Assembly (NCBI RefSeq): GCF_039654945.1
Contig: NW_027361804.1
Span: forward strand, 6,510,001-6,574,000
Reading direction: 5' to 3'
DNA length: 64,000 bases
Origin: Dendrobates tinctorius
Lineage: Eukaryota
A model generated the notes under the pieces. That model was not told the origin of the DNA. It searched no databases and saw only the letters and a list, made by a program, of their open reading frames with translations. Each line of letters begins with the position of its first letter. Position 1 is the stretch's first letter. Of this stretch, positions 16,187-29,464 are shown one piece after another. Made by a program: the position numbers and the translations under genes.

Positions 16187-19100
16187 ACAGGGGTACAGGA
16201 GCACATTAGAGGGGCACAGGTAGGGTGTATGGGTACAGGACATTAGAGGGGCACAGGTAGGGTATATGGGTACAGGAGTACATTAGAGGGGCACAGGTAG
16301 GGTATATGGGTACAGGAGTACATTAGAGGGGCACAGGTAGGGTGTATGGGTACAGGACATTAGAGGGGCACAGGTAGGGTATATGGGTACAGGAGTACAT
16401 TAGAGGGGCACAGGTAGGGTATATGGGTACAGGAGTACATTAGAGGGGCACAGGTAGGGTGTATGGGTACAGGACATTAGAGGGGCACAGGTAGGGTATA
16501 TGGGTACAGGAGCACATTAGAGGGGCACAGGTAGGGTGTATGGGTACAGGAGTACATTAGAGGGGCACAGGTAGGGTATATGGGTACAGGAGTACATTAG
16601 AGGGGCACAGGTAGGGTATATGGGTACAGGAGCACATTAGAGGGGCACAGGTAGGGTGTATGGGTACAGGAGTACATTAGAGGGGCACAGGTAGGGTATA
16701 TGGGTACAGGAGTACATTAGAGGGGCACAGGTAGGGTGTATGGGTACAGGAGTACATTAGAGGGGCACAGGTAGGGTGTATGGGTACAGGAGTACATTAG
16801 AGGGGCACAGGTAGGGTATATGGGTACAGGAGTACATTAGAGGGGCACAGGTAGGGTGTATGGGTACAGGACATTAGAGGGGAACAGGTAGGGTGTATGG
16901 GTACAGGAGTACATTAGAGGGGCACAGGTAGGGTGTATGGGTACAGGAGCACATTAGAGGGGCACAGGTAGGGTATATGGGTACAGGAGTACATTAGAGG
17001 GGCACAGGTAGGGTATATGGGTACAGGAGTACATTAGAGGGGCACAGGTAGGGTATATGGGTACAGGAGTACATTAGAGGGGCACAGGTAGGGTGTATGG
17101 GCACAGGAGTACACTAGAGGGGCACAGGTAGGGTGTATGGGTACAGGACATTAGAGGGGCACAGGTAGGGTGTATGGGTACAGGAGTACATTAGAGGGGC
17201 ACAGGTAGGGTGTATGGGTACAGGAGTACATTAGAGGGTTACAGGTAGGGTGTATGGGCACAGGAGTACACTAGAGGGGCACAGGTAGGGTGTATGGGTA
17301 CAGGAGCACATTAGAGGGGCACAGGTAGGGTGTATGGGTACAGGACATTAGAGGGGCACAGGTAGGGTGTATGGGTACAGGAGCACATTAGAGGGGCACA
17401 GGTAGGGTGTATGGGTACAGGAGTACATTAGAGGGGCACAGGTAGGGTATATGGGTACAGGAGTACATTAGAGGGGCACAGGTAGGGTGTATGGGTACAG
17501 GAGTACATTAGAGGGGCACAGGTAGGGTGTATGGGTACAGGAGTACATTAGAGGGGCACAGGTAGGGTATATGGGTACAGGAGTACATTAGAGGGGCACA
17601 GGTAGGGTGTATGGGTACAGGACATTAGAGGGGAACAGGTAGGGTATATGGGTACAGGACATTAGAGGGGCACAGGTAGGGTATATGGGTACAGGAGCAC
17701 ATTAGAGGGGCACAGGTAGGGTGTATGGGTACAGGAGTACATTAGAGGGGCACAGGTAGGGTATATGGGTACAGGAGTACATTAGAGGGGCACAGGTAGG
17801 GTATATGGGTACAGGACATTAGAGGGGCACAGGTAGGGTATATGGGTACAGGAGCACATTAGAGGGGCACAGGTAGGGTGTATGGGTACAGGAGTACATT
17901 AGAGGGGCACAGGTAGGGTATATGGGTACAGGAGTACATTAGAGGGGCACAGGTAGGGTGTATGGGTACAGGAGTACATTAGAGGGGCACAGGTAGGGTG
18001 TATGGGTACAGGAGTACATTAGAGGGGCACAGGTAGGGTATATGGGTACAGGAGTACATTAGAGGGGCACAGGTAGGGTGTATGGGTACAGGAGTACATT
18101 AGAGGGGCACAGGTAGGGTGTATGGGTACAGGACATTAGAGGGGCACAGGTAGGGTATATGGGTACAGGAGCACATTAGAGGGGCACAGGTAGGGTGTAT
18201 GGGTACAGGAGTACATTAGAGGGGCACAGGTAGGGTATATGGGTACAGGAGTACATTAGAGGGGCACAGGTAGGGTGTATGGGTACAGGAGTACATTAGA
18301 GGGGCACAGGTAGGGTGTATGGGTACAGGAGTACATTAGAGGGGCACAGGTAGGGTATATGGGTACAGGAGTACATTAGAGGGGCACAGGTAGGGTGTAT
18401 GGGTACAGGACATTAGAGGGGAACAGGTAGGGTGTATGGGTACAGGAGTACATTAGAGGGGCACAGGTAGGGTGTATGGGTACAGGAGCACATTAGAGGG
18501 GCACAGGTAGGGTATATGGGTACAGGAGTACATTAGAGGGGCACAGGTAGGGTATATGGGTACAGGAGTACATTAGAGGGGCACAGGTAGGGTGTATGGG
18601 TACAGGAGCACATTAGAGGGGCACAGGTAGGGTGTATGGGTACAGGACATTAGAGGGGCACAGGTAGGGTGTATGGGTACAAGAGCACATTAGAGGGGCA
18701 CAGGTAGGGTGTATGGGTACAGGAGTACATTAGAGGGGCACAGGTAGGGTGTATGGGTACAGGACATTAGAGGGGCACAGGTAGGGTATATGGGTACAGG
18801 AGTACATTAGAGGGGCACAGGTAGGGTGTATGGGCACAGGAGTACACTAGAGGGGCACAGGTAGGGTGTATGGGTACAGGAGCACATTAGAGGGGCACAG
18901 GTAGGGTGTATGGGTACAGGACATTAGAGGGGCACAGGTAGGGTGTATGGGTACAAGAGCACATTAGAGGAGCACTGGTAGGGTGTATGGGTACAGGAGT
19001 ACATTAGAGGGGCACAGGTAGGGTGTATGGGCACAGGAGTACACTAGAGGGGCACAGGTAGGGTGTATGGGTACAGGACATTAGAGGGGTACAGGTAGGG

Positions 19101-22100
19101 TATATGGGTACAGGAGCACATTAGAGGGGTACAGGTAGGGTGTATGGGTACAGGAGCACATTAGAGGGGTACAGGTAGGGTATATGGGTACAGGAGCACA
19201 TTAGAGGGGTACAGGTAGGGTATATGGGTACAGGAGCACATTAGAGGGGTACAGGTAGGGTATATGGGTACAGGAGTACATTAGAGGGGCACAGGTAGGG
19301 TGTATGGGTACAGGAGCACATTAGAGGGGCACAGGTAGGGTATATGGGTACAGGAGTACATTAGAGGGGTACAGGTAGGGTATATGGGCACAGGAGTACA
19401 CTAGAGGGGCACAGGTAGGGTGTATGGGTACAGGACATTAGAGGGGCACAGGTAGGGTGTATAGGTACAGGACATTAGAGGGGTACAGGTAGGGTATATG
19501 GTTACAGGAGCACATTAGAGGGGCACAGGTAGGGTGTATGGGTACAGGAGCACATTAGAGGGGCACAGGTAGGGTGTATGGGTACAGGAGTACACTAGAG
19601 GGGCACAGGTAGGGTGTATGGGTACAGGAGTACACTAGAGGGGCACAGGTAGGGTATATGGGTACAGGAGTACATTAGAGGGGTACAGGTAGGGTATATG
19701 GGTACAGGAGCACATTAGAGGGGCACAGGTAGGGTGTATGGGTACAGGACATTAGAGGGGCACAGGTAGGGTGTATGGGTACAGGACATTAGAGGGGTAC
19801 AGGTAGGGTATATGGGTACAGGAGCACATTAGAGGGGTACAGGTAGGGTGTATGGGTACAGGAGTACATTAGAGGGGCACAGGTAGGGTATATGGGTACA
19901 GGAGCACATTAGAGGGGCACAGGTAGGGTGTATGGGTACAGGAGCACATTAGAGGGGCACAGGTAGGGTGTATGGGTACAGGACATTAGAGGGGCACAGG
20001 TAGGGTGTATGGGTACAGGAGTACACTAGAGGGGAACAGGTAGGGTATATGGGTACAGGACATTAGAGGGGCACAGGTAGGGTATATGGGCACAGGAGCA
20101 CATTAGAGGGGCACAGGTAGGGTGTATGGGTACAGGAGCACATCAGAGGGGTACAGGTAGGGTGTATGGGTACAGGACATTAGAGGGGCACAGGTAGGGT
20201 GTATGGGTACAGGAGCACATTAGAGGGGCACAGGTAGGGTGTATGGGTACAGGAGTACACTAGAGGGGCACAGGTAGGGTATATGGGTACAGGACATTAG
20301 AGGGGCACAGGTAGGGTATATGGGCACAGGAGCACATTAGAGGGGCACAGGTAGGGTGTATGGGTACAGGAGTACATCAGAGGGGTACAGGTAGGGTGTA
20401 TGGGTACAGGACATTAGAGGGGCACAGGTAGGGTATATGGGTACAGGAGCACATTAGAGGGGCACAGGTAGGGTGTATGGGAACAGGAGCACATTAGAGG
20501 GGCACAGGTAGGGTGTATGGGTACAGGAGTACACTAGAGGGGTACAGGTAGGGTATATGGGCACAGGAGCACATCAGAGGGGTACAGGTAGGGTGTATGG
20601 GTACAGGACATTAGAGGGGCACAGGTAGGGTATATGGGCACAGGAGCACATTAGAGGGGCACAGGTAGGGTGTATGGGTACAGGAGCACATTAGAGGGGT
20701 ACAGGTAGGGTGTATGGGTACAGGACATTAGAGGGGCACAGGTAGGGTGTATGGGTACAGGAGTACACTAGAGGGGCACAGGTACGGTATATGGGTACAG
20801 GACATTAGAGGGGCACAGGTAGGGTATATGGGCACAGGAGCACATTAGAGGGGCACAGGTAGGGTGTATGGGTACAGGAGCACATCAGAGGTGTACAGGT
20901 AGGGTGTATGGGTACAGGACATTAGAGGGGCACAGGTAGGGTGTATGGGTACAGGAGCACATTAGAGGGGCACAGGTAGGGTGTATGGGTACAGGAGTAC
21001 ATCAGAGGGGTACAGGTAGGGTGTATGGGTACAGGACATTAGAGGGGCACAGGTAGGGTATATGGGCACAGGAGCACATTAGAGGGGCACAGGTAGGGTG
21101 TATGGGTACAGGAGCACATTAGAGGGGCACAGGTAGGGTGTATGGGTACAGGAGTACACTAGAGGGGCACAGGTAGGGTATATGGGTATAGGACATTAGA
21201 GGGGCACAGGTAGGGTATATGGGCACAGGAGCACATTAGAGGGGCACAGGTAGGGTGTATGGGTACAGGAGCACATTAGAGGGGCACAGGTAGGGTGTAT
21301 GGGTACAGGAGTACACTAGAGGGGTACAGGTAGGGTATATGGGTACAGGAGTACATCAGAGGGGTACAGGTAGGGTGTATGGGTACAGGAGTACACTAGA
21401 GGCGCACAGGTAGGGTGTATGGGTACAGGAGTACACTAGAGGCGCACAGGTAGGGTGTATGGGTACAGGAGTACATTAGAGGGGCACAGGTAGGGTATAT
21501 GGGTACAGGAGCACATTAGAGGGGCACAGGTAGGGTGTATGGGTACAGGAGTACATTAGAGGGGCACATGTAGGGTATATGGGTACAGGAGTACATTAGA
21601 GGGGCACAGGTAGGGTGTATGGGTACAGGAGTACATTAGAGGGGCACAGGTAGGGTATATGGGTACAGGAGTACACTAGAGGCGCACAGGTAGGGTGTAT
21701 GGGTACAGGAGTACATTAGAGGGGCACAGGTAGGGTGTATGGGTAAAGGAGCACATTAGAGGGGCACAGGTAAGGTGTATGGGTACAGGAGTACATTAGA
21801 GGGGCACAGGTAGGGTATATGGGTACATGAGTACATTAGAGGGGCACAGGTAGGGTATATGGGTACAGGAGCACATTAGAGGGGCACAGGTAGGGTGTAT
21901 GGGTACATGAGTACATTAGAGGGGCACAGGTAGGGTGTATGGGTACATTACATTAGAGGGGAACATGTAGGGTATATGGGTACAGGAGTACATTAGAGGG
22001 GCACAGGTAGGGTATATGGGTACAGGAGCACATTAGAGGGGCACAGGTAGGGTGTATGGGCACAGGAGTACACTAGAGGGGCACAGGTAGGGTGTATGGG

Positions 22101-25100
22101 TACAGGACATTAGAGGGGCACAGGTAGGGTGTATAGGTACAGGACATTAGAGGGGTACAGGTAGGGTATATGGTTACAGGAGCACATTAGAGGGGCACAG
22201 GTAGGGTGTATGGGTACAGGAGCACATTAGAGGGGCACAGGTAGGGTGTATGGGTACAGGACATTAGAGGGGCACAGGTAGGGTGTATGGGTACAGGAGT
22301 ACACTAGAGGGGCACAGGTAGGGTGTATGGGTACAGGAGTACACTAGAGGGGCACAGGTAGGGTATATGGGTACAGGAGTACATTAGAGGGGCACAGGTA
22401 GGGTATATGGGTACAGGAGCACATTAGAGGGGCACAGGTAGGGTGTATGGGTACAGGACATTAGAGGGGCACAGGTAGGGTGTATGGGTACAGGACATTA
22501 GAGGGGTACAGGTAGGGTATATGGGTACAGGAGCACATTAGAGGGGTACAGGTAGGGTGTATGGGTACAGGAGTACATTAGAGGGGCACAGGTAGGGTAT
22601 ATGGGTACAGGAGCACATTAGAGGGGCACAGGTAGGGTGTATGGGTACAGGAGCACATTAGAGGGGCACAGGTAGGGTGTATGGGTACAGGACATTAGAG
22701 GGGCACAGGTAGGGTGTATGGGTACAGGAGTACACTAGAGGGGCACAGGTAGGGTATATGGGTACAGGACATTAGAGGGGCACAGGTAGGGTATATGGGC
22801 ACAGGAGCACATTAGAGGGGCACAGGTAGGGTGTATGGGTACAGGAGCACATCAGAGGGGTACAGGTAGGGTGTATGGGTACAGGACATTAGAGGGGCAC
22901 AGGTAGGGTGTATGGGTACAGGAGCACATTAGAGGGGCACAGGTAGGGTGTATGGGTACAGGAGTACACTAGAGGGGCACAGGTAGGGTATATGGGTACA
23001 GGACATTAGTGGGGCACAGGTAGGGTATATGGGCACAGGAGCACATTAGAGGGGCACAGGTAGGGTGTATGGGTACAGGAGCACATTAGAGGGGCACAGG
23101 TAGGGTGTATGGGTACAGGAGTACATCAGAGGGGTACAGGTAGGGTGTATGGGTACAGGACATTAGAGGGGCACAGGTAGGGTATATGGGTACAGGAGCA
23201 CATTAGAGGGGCACAGGTAGGGTGTATGGGTACAGGAGCACATTAGAGGGGCACAGGTAGGGTGTATGGGTACAGGAGTACACTAGAGGGGTACAGGTAG
23301 GGTATATGGGCACAGGAGCACATCAGAGGGGTACAGGTAGGGTGTATGGGTACAGGACATTAGAGGGGCACAGGTAGGGTATATGGGCACAGGAGAACAT
23401 TAGAGGGGCACAGGTAGGGTGTATGGGTACAGGAGCACATTAGAGGGGTACAGGTAGGGTGTATGGGTACAGGACATTAGAGGGGCACAGGTAGGGTGTA
23501 TGGGTACAGGAGTACACTAGAGGGGCACAGGTAGGGTATATGGGTACAGGACATTAGAGGGGCACAGGTAGGGTATATGGGCACAGGAGCACATTAGAGG
23601 GGCACAGGTAGGGTGTATGGGTACAGGAGCACATCAGAGGTGTACAGGTAGGGTGTATGGGTACAGGACATTAGAGGGGCACAGGTAGGGTGTATGGGTA
23701 CAGGAGCACATTAGAGGGGCACAGGTAGGGTGTATGGGTACAGGAGTACATCAGAGGGGTACAGGTAGGGTGTATGGGTACAGGACATTAGAGGGGCACA
23801 GGTAGGGTATATGGGCACAGGAGCACATTAGAGGGGCACAGGTAGGGTGTATGGGTACAGGAGCACATTAGAGGGGCACAGGTAGGGTGTATGGGTACAG
23901 GAGTACACTAGAGGGGCACAGGTAGGGTATATGGGTATAGGACATTAGAGGGGCACAGGTAGGGTATATGGGCACAGGAGCACATTAGAGGGGCACAGGT
24001 AGGGTGTATGGGTACAGGAGCACATTAGAGGGGCACAGGTAGGGTGTATGGGTACAGGAGTACACTAGAGGGGTACAGGTAGGGTATATGGGTACAGGAG
24101 TACATCAGAGGGGTACAGGTAGGGTGTATGGGTACAGGACATTAGAGGGGCACAGGTAGGGTGTATGGGCACCAGAGCACATTAGAGGGGGACAGGTAGG
24201 GTGTATGGGTACAGGACATTAGAGGGGCACAGGTAGGGTGTATGGGTACAGGAGTACACTAGAGGGGTACAGGTAGGGTATATGGGTACAGGAGTACATC
24301 AGAGGGGTACAGGTAGGGTGTATGGGTACAGGACATTAGAGGGGCACAGGTAGGGTGTATGGGTACAGGAGTACACTAGAGGGGTACAGGTAGGGTATAT
24401 GGGTACAGGAGTACATCAGAGGGGTACAGGTAGGGTGTATGGGTACAGGACATTAGAGGGGCACAGGTAGGGTGTATGGGTACAGGAGTACACTAGAGGG
24501 GTACAGGTAGGGTATATGGGTACAGGAGCACATTAGAGGGGGACAGGTAGGGTGTATGGGTACAGGACATTAGAGGGGCACAGGTAGGGTGTATGGGTAC
24601 AGGAGTACACTAGAGGGGTACAGGTAGGGTATATGGGTACAGGAGCACATTAGAGGGGCACAGGTAGGGTGTATGGGTACAGGAGTACACTAGAGGGGTA
24701 CAGGTAGGGTATATGGGTACAGGAGTACATCAGAGGGGTACAGGTAGGGTGTATGGGTACAGGACATTAGAGGGGCACAGGTAGGGTGTATGGGTACAGG
24801 AGTACACTAGAGGGGTACAGGTAGGGTGTATGGGTACAGGAGCACATTAGAGGGGGACAGGTAGGGTGTATGGGTACAGGACATTAGAGGGGCACAGGTA
24901 GGGTGTATGGGCACAGGAGTACATTAGATGGGCAAAGGTAGGGTGTATGGGTACAGGACATTGGAGGGGCACAGGTAGGGTGTATGGGCACAGGAGTACA
25001 TTAGAGGGGCACAGGTAGGGTATATGGGTACAGGAGTACATTAGAGGGGCACAGGTAGGGTATATGGGTACAGGAACACATTAGAGGGGGACAGGTAGGG

Positions 25101-27485
25101 TGTATGGGTACAGGACATTAGAGGGGCACAGGTAGGGTATATGGGCACATGAGTACATTAGAGGGGTACAGGTAGGGTATATGGGCACATGAGTACATTA
25201 GAGGGGTACAAGTAGGGTATATGGGTACAGGAGTACACTAGAGGGGCACAGGTAGGGTGTATGGGTACAGGAGTGCACTAGAGGGGCACAGGTAGGGTAT
25301 ATGGGTACAGGAGCACATTAGAGGGGCACAGTTAGGGTGTATGGGTACAGGACATTAGAGGGGCACAGGTAGGGTATATGGGCACATGAGCACATTAGAG
25401 GGGCACAGGTAGGGTGTATGGGTACAGGAGCACATTAGAGGGGTACAGGTAGGGTATATGGGCACATGAGTACAATAGAGGGGTACAGGTAGGGTATATG
25501 GGTACAGGAGTACACTAGAGGGGCACAGGTAGGGTGTATGGGTACAGGAGTACACTAGAGGGGCACAGGTAGGGTGTATGGGTACAGGAGCACATTAGAG
25601 GGGCACAGGTAGGGTGTATGGGTACAGGAGTACATTAGAGGGGTACAGGTAGGGTATATGGGCACATGAGTACATTAGAGGGGTACAGGTAGGGTATATG
25701 GGTACAGGAGTACACTAGAGGGGCACAGGTAGGGTGTATGGGTACAGGAGTACACTAGAGGGGCACAGGTAGGGTATATGGGTACAGGAGCACATTAGAG
25801 GGGCACAGGTAGGGTGTATGGGTACAGGAGCACATTAGAGGGGCACAGGTAGGGTGTATGGGTACAGGAATACATTAGAGGGGCACAGGTAGGGTATATG
25901 GGTACAGGAGTACATCAGAGGGGCACAGGTAGGGTATATGGGTACAGGAGTACACTAGAGGGGCACAGGTAGGGTATATGGGCACATGAGTACATTAGAG
26001 GGGTACAGGTAGGGTATATGGGTACAGGAGTACATCAGAGGGGCACAGGTAGGGTATATGGGTACAGGAGTACATTAGAGGGGCACAGGTAGGGTATATG
26101 GACACATGAGTACATTAGAGGGGTACAGGTAGGGTATATGGGTACAGGAGTACACTAGAGGGGCACAGGTAGGGTATATGGGTACAGTAGCACATTAGAG
26201 GGGCACAGGTAGGGTGTATGGGTACAGGAGCACATTAGAGGGGCACAGGTAGGGTATATGGGTACATGAGTACATTAGAGGGGCACAAGTAGGGTGTATG
26301 GGTACAGGAGTACACTAGAGGCGCACAGGTAGGGTGTATGGGTACAGGAGTACACTAGAGGCGCACAGGTAGGGTGTATGGGTACAGGAGTACATTAGAG
26401 GGGCACAGGTAGGGTATATGGGTACAGGAGCACATTAGAGGGGCACAGGTAGGGTGTATGGGTACAGGAGTACATTAGAGGGGCACATGTAGGGTATATG
26501 GGTACAGGAGTACATTAGAGGGGCACAGGTAGGGTGTATGGGTACAGGAGTACATTAGAGGGGCACAGGTAGGGTGTATGGGTAAAGGAGCACATTAGAG
26601 GGGCACAGGTAAGGTGTATAGGTACAGGAGTACATTAGAGGGGCACAGGTAGGGTATATGGGTACATGAGTACATTAGAGGGGCACAGGTAGGGTATATG
26701 GGTACAGGAGCACATTAGAGGGGCACAGGTAGGGTGTATGGGTACATGAGTACATTAGAGGGGAACATGTAGGGTATATGGGTACAGGAGTACATTAGAG
26801 GGGCACATGTAGGGTGTATGGGTACAGGAGTACATTAGAGGGGCACAGGTAGGGTATATGGGTACAGGAGTACACTAGAGGGGCACAGGTAGGGTGTATG
26901 GGTACAGGAGTACATTAGAGGGGCACAGGTAGGGTGTATGGGTACAGGAGTACACTAGAGGCGCACAGGTAGGGTGTATGGGTACAGGAGTACATTAGAG
27001 GGGCACAGGTAGGGTATATGGGTACAGGAGTACACTAGAGGGGCACAGGTAGGGTGTATGGGTACAGGAGTACATTAGAGGGGCACAGGTAGGGTGTATG
27101 GGTACAGGAGTACACTAGAGGCGCACAGGTAGGGTGTATGGGTACAGGAGTACATTAGAGGGGAAGAGGTAGAGTATATGGGTACAGAGTACATTAGAGG
27201 GGCAGAGGTAGGGTATATGGGTTCAGGAGTACACTAGAGGGGCACAGGTAGGGTGTATGGGCACAGGAGTACATTAGAGGGGCAGAGGTAGAGTATATGG
27301 GTACAGAGTACATTAGAGGGGCACAGGTAGGGTATATGGGTACAGAGTACAGTAGGGGGGTAGAGGTAGAGTATATGGGTACAGGAGTACATTAGAGGGG
27401 CAGAGGTAGAGTATATGGGTACAGAGTACATTAGAGGGGCACAGGTAGGGTATATGGGTACAGGAGCACATAAGAGGGGCACAAG
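16187..27485 (+). repeat. 11.3-kb G-rich 37/40-bp satellite (GGGTACAGGAGTACATTAGAGGGGCACAGGTAGGGTRTAT), ~290 copies
   Basis: Direct periodicity with variant units; in intron 1. Confidence 0.98.
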
Positions 27486-27560
27486 TCAGGTATAGGGTGG
27501 GTTATGGGTGGCATCAGTCGGCGGGTTTGCGGATGTCTTATATAAGGGCACCAGTATGTA

Positions 27561-29021
27561 CAGTACAGACCAAACGTTTGGACACACCTTATTCAAAGAG
27601 TTTTCTTTATTTTCATGACTATGAAAATTGTAGATTCACTCTGAAGGCATCAAAACTATGAATTACCACATGTGGGATTATATCATTAACAAAAAAGTGT
27701 GGAACAACTGAAAATATGTCTTATATTCTAGGTTCTTCAAAGTAGCCACCTTTTGCTTTGATTACTGCTTTGCACACTCTTGGCATTCTCTTGATGAGCT
27801 TTAAGAGGTAGTCACCAGAAATGGTTTTCACTTCACAGGTGTGCCCTGTCAGGTTTAATAAGTGGGATTTCTCGCCTTATAAATGAGGTTGGGACCATCA
27901 GTTGTGCTGTGCAGAAGTCTGGTGGATACACAGGTGATAGTCCTACTGAATAGACTGTTAGCTGTTTTTTTCTTGCCATAATACAAATTCTAAGTAAAGA
28001 AAAACATGTGGCCATCATTACTTTAAGACGTGAAGGTCAGCCAGTCCGAAAAATTGGGAAAACTTTGAAAGTGTCCCCAAGTGCAGTGGCAAAAACAATC
28101 AAGAGCTACAAAGAAACTGGCTCACATGAGGACCGGCCCAGGAAAGGAAGACCAAGAGTCACCTCTGCCGCGGAGGATAAGTTCATCCGAGTCACCAGCC
28201 TCAGAAATCGCAGGTTATCAGCAGCTCAGATTAGAGACCAGGTCAATGCCACACACAGTTCTAGCAGCAGACACATCTCTACAAAAATTGTTCAGAGGAG
28301 ACTTTGTGCAGCAGGCCTTCATGGTAAAATAGCTGCTAGGAAACCACTGCTAAGGACAGGCAACAAGAAGAAGAGAATTGTTTGGGCTAAAGAACACAAG
28401 GAATGGACATTAAACCAGTGGAAATCTGTGCTTTGGTCTGATGAGTCCAAATTTGACATCTTTGGTTCCAAATACCATGTCTTTGTGCTACGCAGAAAAG
28501 GTGAACGGATGGACTCTACATGCCTGGTTCCCACCGTGAAGCATGGAGGAGGAGGTGTGATGGTGTGGGGGGGCTTTGCTGGTGACACTGTTGGGGATTT
28601 ATTCAAAATTGAAGGCATACTGAACCAGCATGGCTACCACAGCATCTTGCAGCGGCATGCTATTCCATCCAGTTTGCGTTTAGTTGGACCACCATTTATT
28701 TCTCAACAGGACAATGACCCCAAACACACCTCCAGGCCATGTAAGGGCTATTTGACCAAGAAGGAGAGTGATGGGGTGCTACGCCAGATGACCTGGCCTC
28801 CACAGTCACCAGACCTGAACCCAATCGAGATGGTTTGGGGTGAGCTGGACCGCAGAGCGAAGGCAAAAGGGCCAACAAGTGCTAAGCATCTCTGGGAAAT
28901 CCTTCAAGACTGTTGGAAGACCATTTCCGGTGATGCTTCAGAATGAATCTACAATTTTCGTAGTCATGAAAATGAAAACTCTTTGAATGAGAAGGTGTGT
29001 CCAAACTTTTGGTCTGTAATG
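27561..29021 (+). mobile_element. Tc1-like DNA transposon with DD38E spacing (Intruder type), long TIRs, disabled
   Basis: Ends TA|CAGTACAGACCAAA...TTTGGTCTGTAATG. Transposase frame 28008-28946 has GRPR, WSDESKF and QQD-38 aa-E (SPDLNPIE). The start codon is inverted and the right TIR has an internal deletion. Located in KCNQ1-like intron 1. Confidence 0.93.
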
Positions 29022-29464
29022 TTCATCCGGGGGGCACAGAGCCCATCTTGCGGGGGATTATTAGGGAACACATCTGTAATATTGTGGGTTTAGGGCGCGA
29101 GGGGCACAGTATGCTGACTGTATACTGGTGTCGCTGGTGTCGGGAGTGGATCTGCATGGCGACACTGTGTTAAGTACAGGACTCGGGCCCTCGCTGTGTG
29201 TAACGTTAGATTAGAACAACTGTAACCTGTGAATAAAAGATGAAGAGATCAGGACACGGCTAATCCGAGCGGCGCGGTGTGTCAGGGTGAGGCACATGAC
29301 AGGCAGCCCTGACAGACGGACAGCACAGACACACAACACGCTCCCCTGACAGCCGGACGGCACAGACACACAACACGCTGCCCAGACAGACGGACAGCAC
29401 AGACACACAACACGTTGCCCTGACTGACATGGAGGACACAATAACACCAATGCAATAACATGAG

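Noticed and set aside
28008-28946. Active transposase gene
   Set aside because: The ATG is inverted, the C-terminus is deleted and the right end is mutated.
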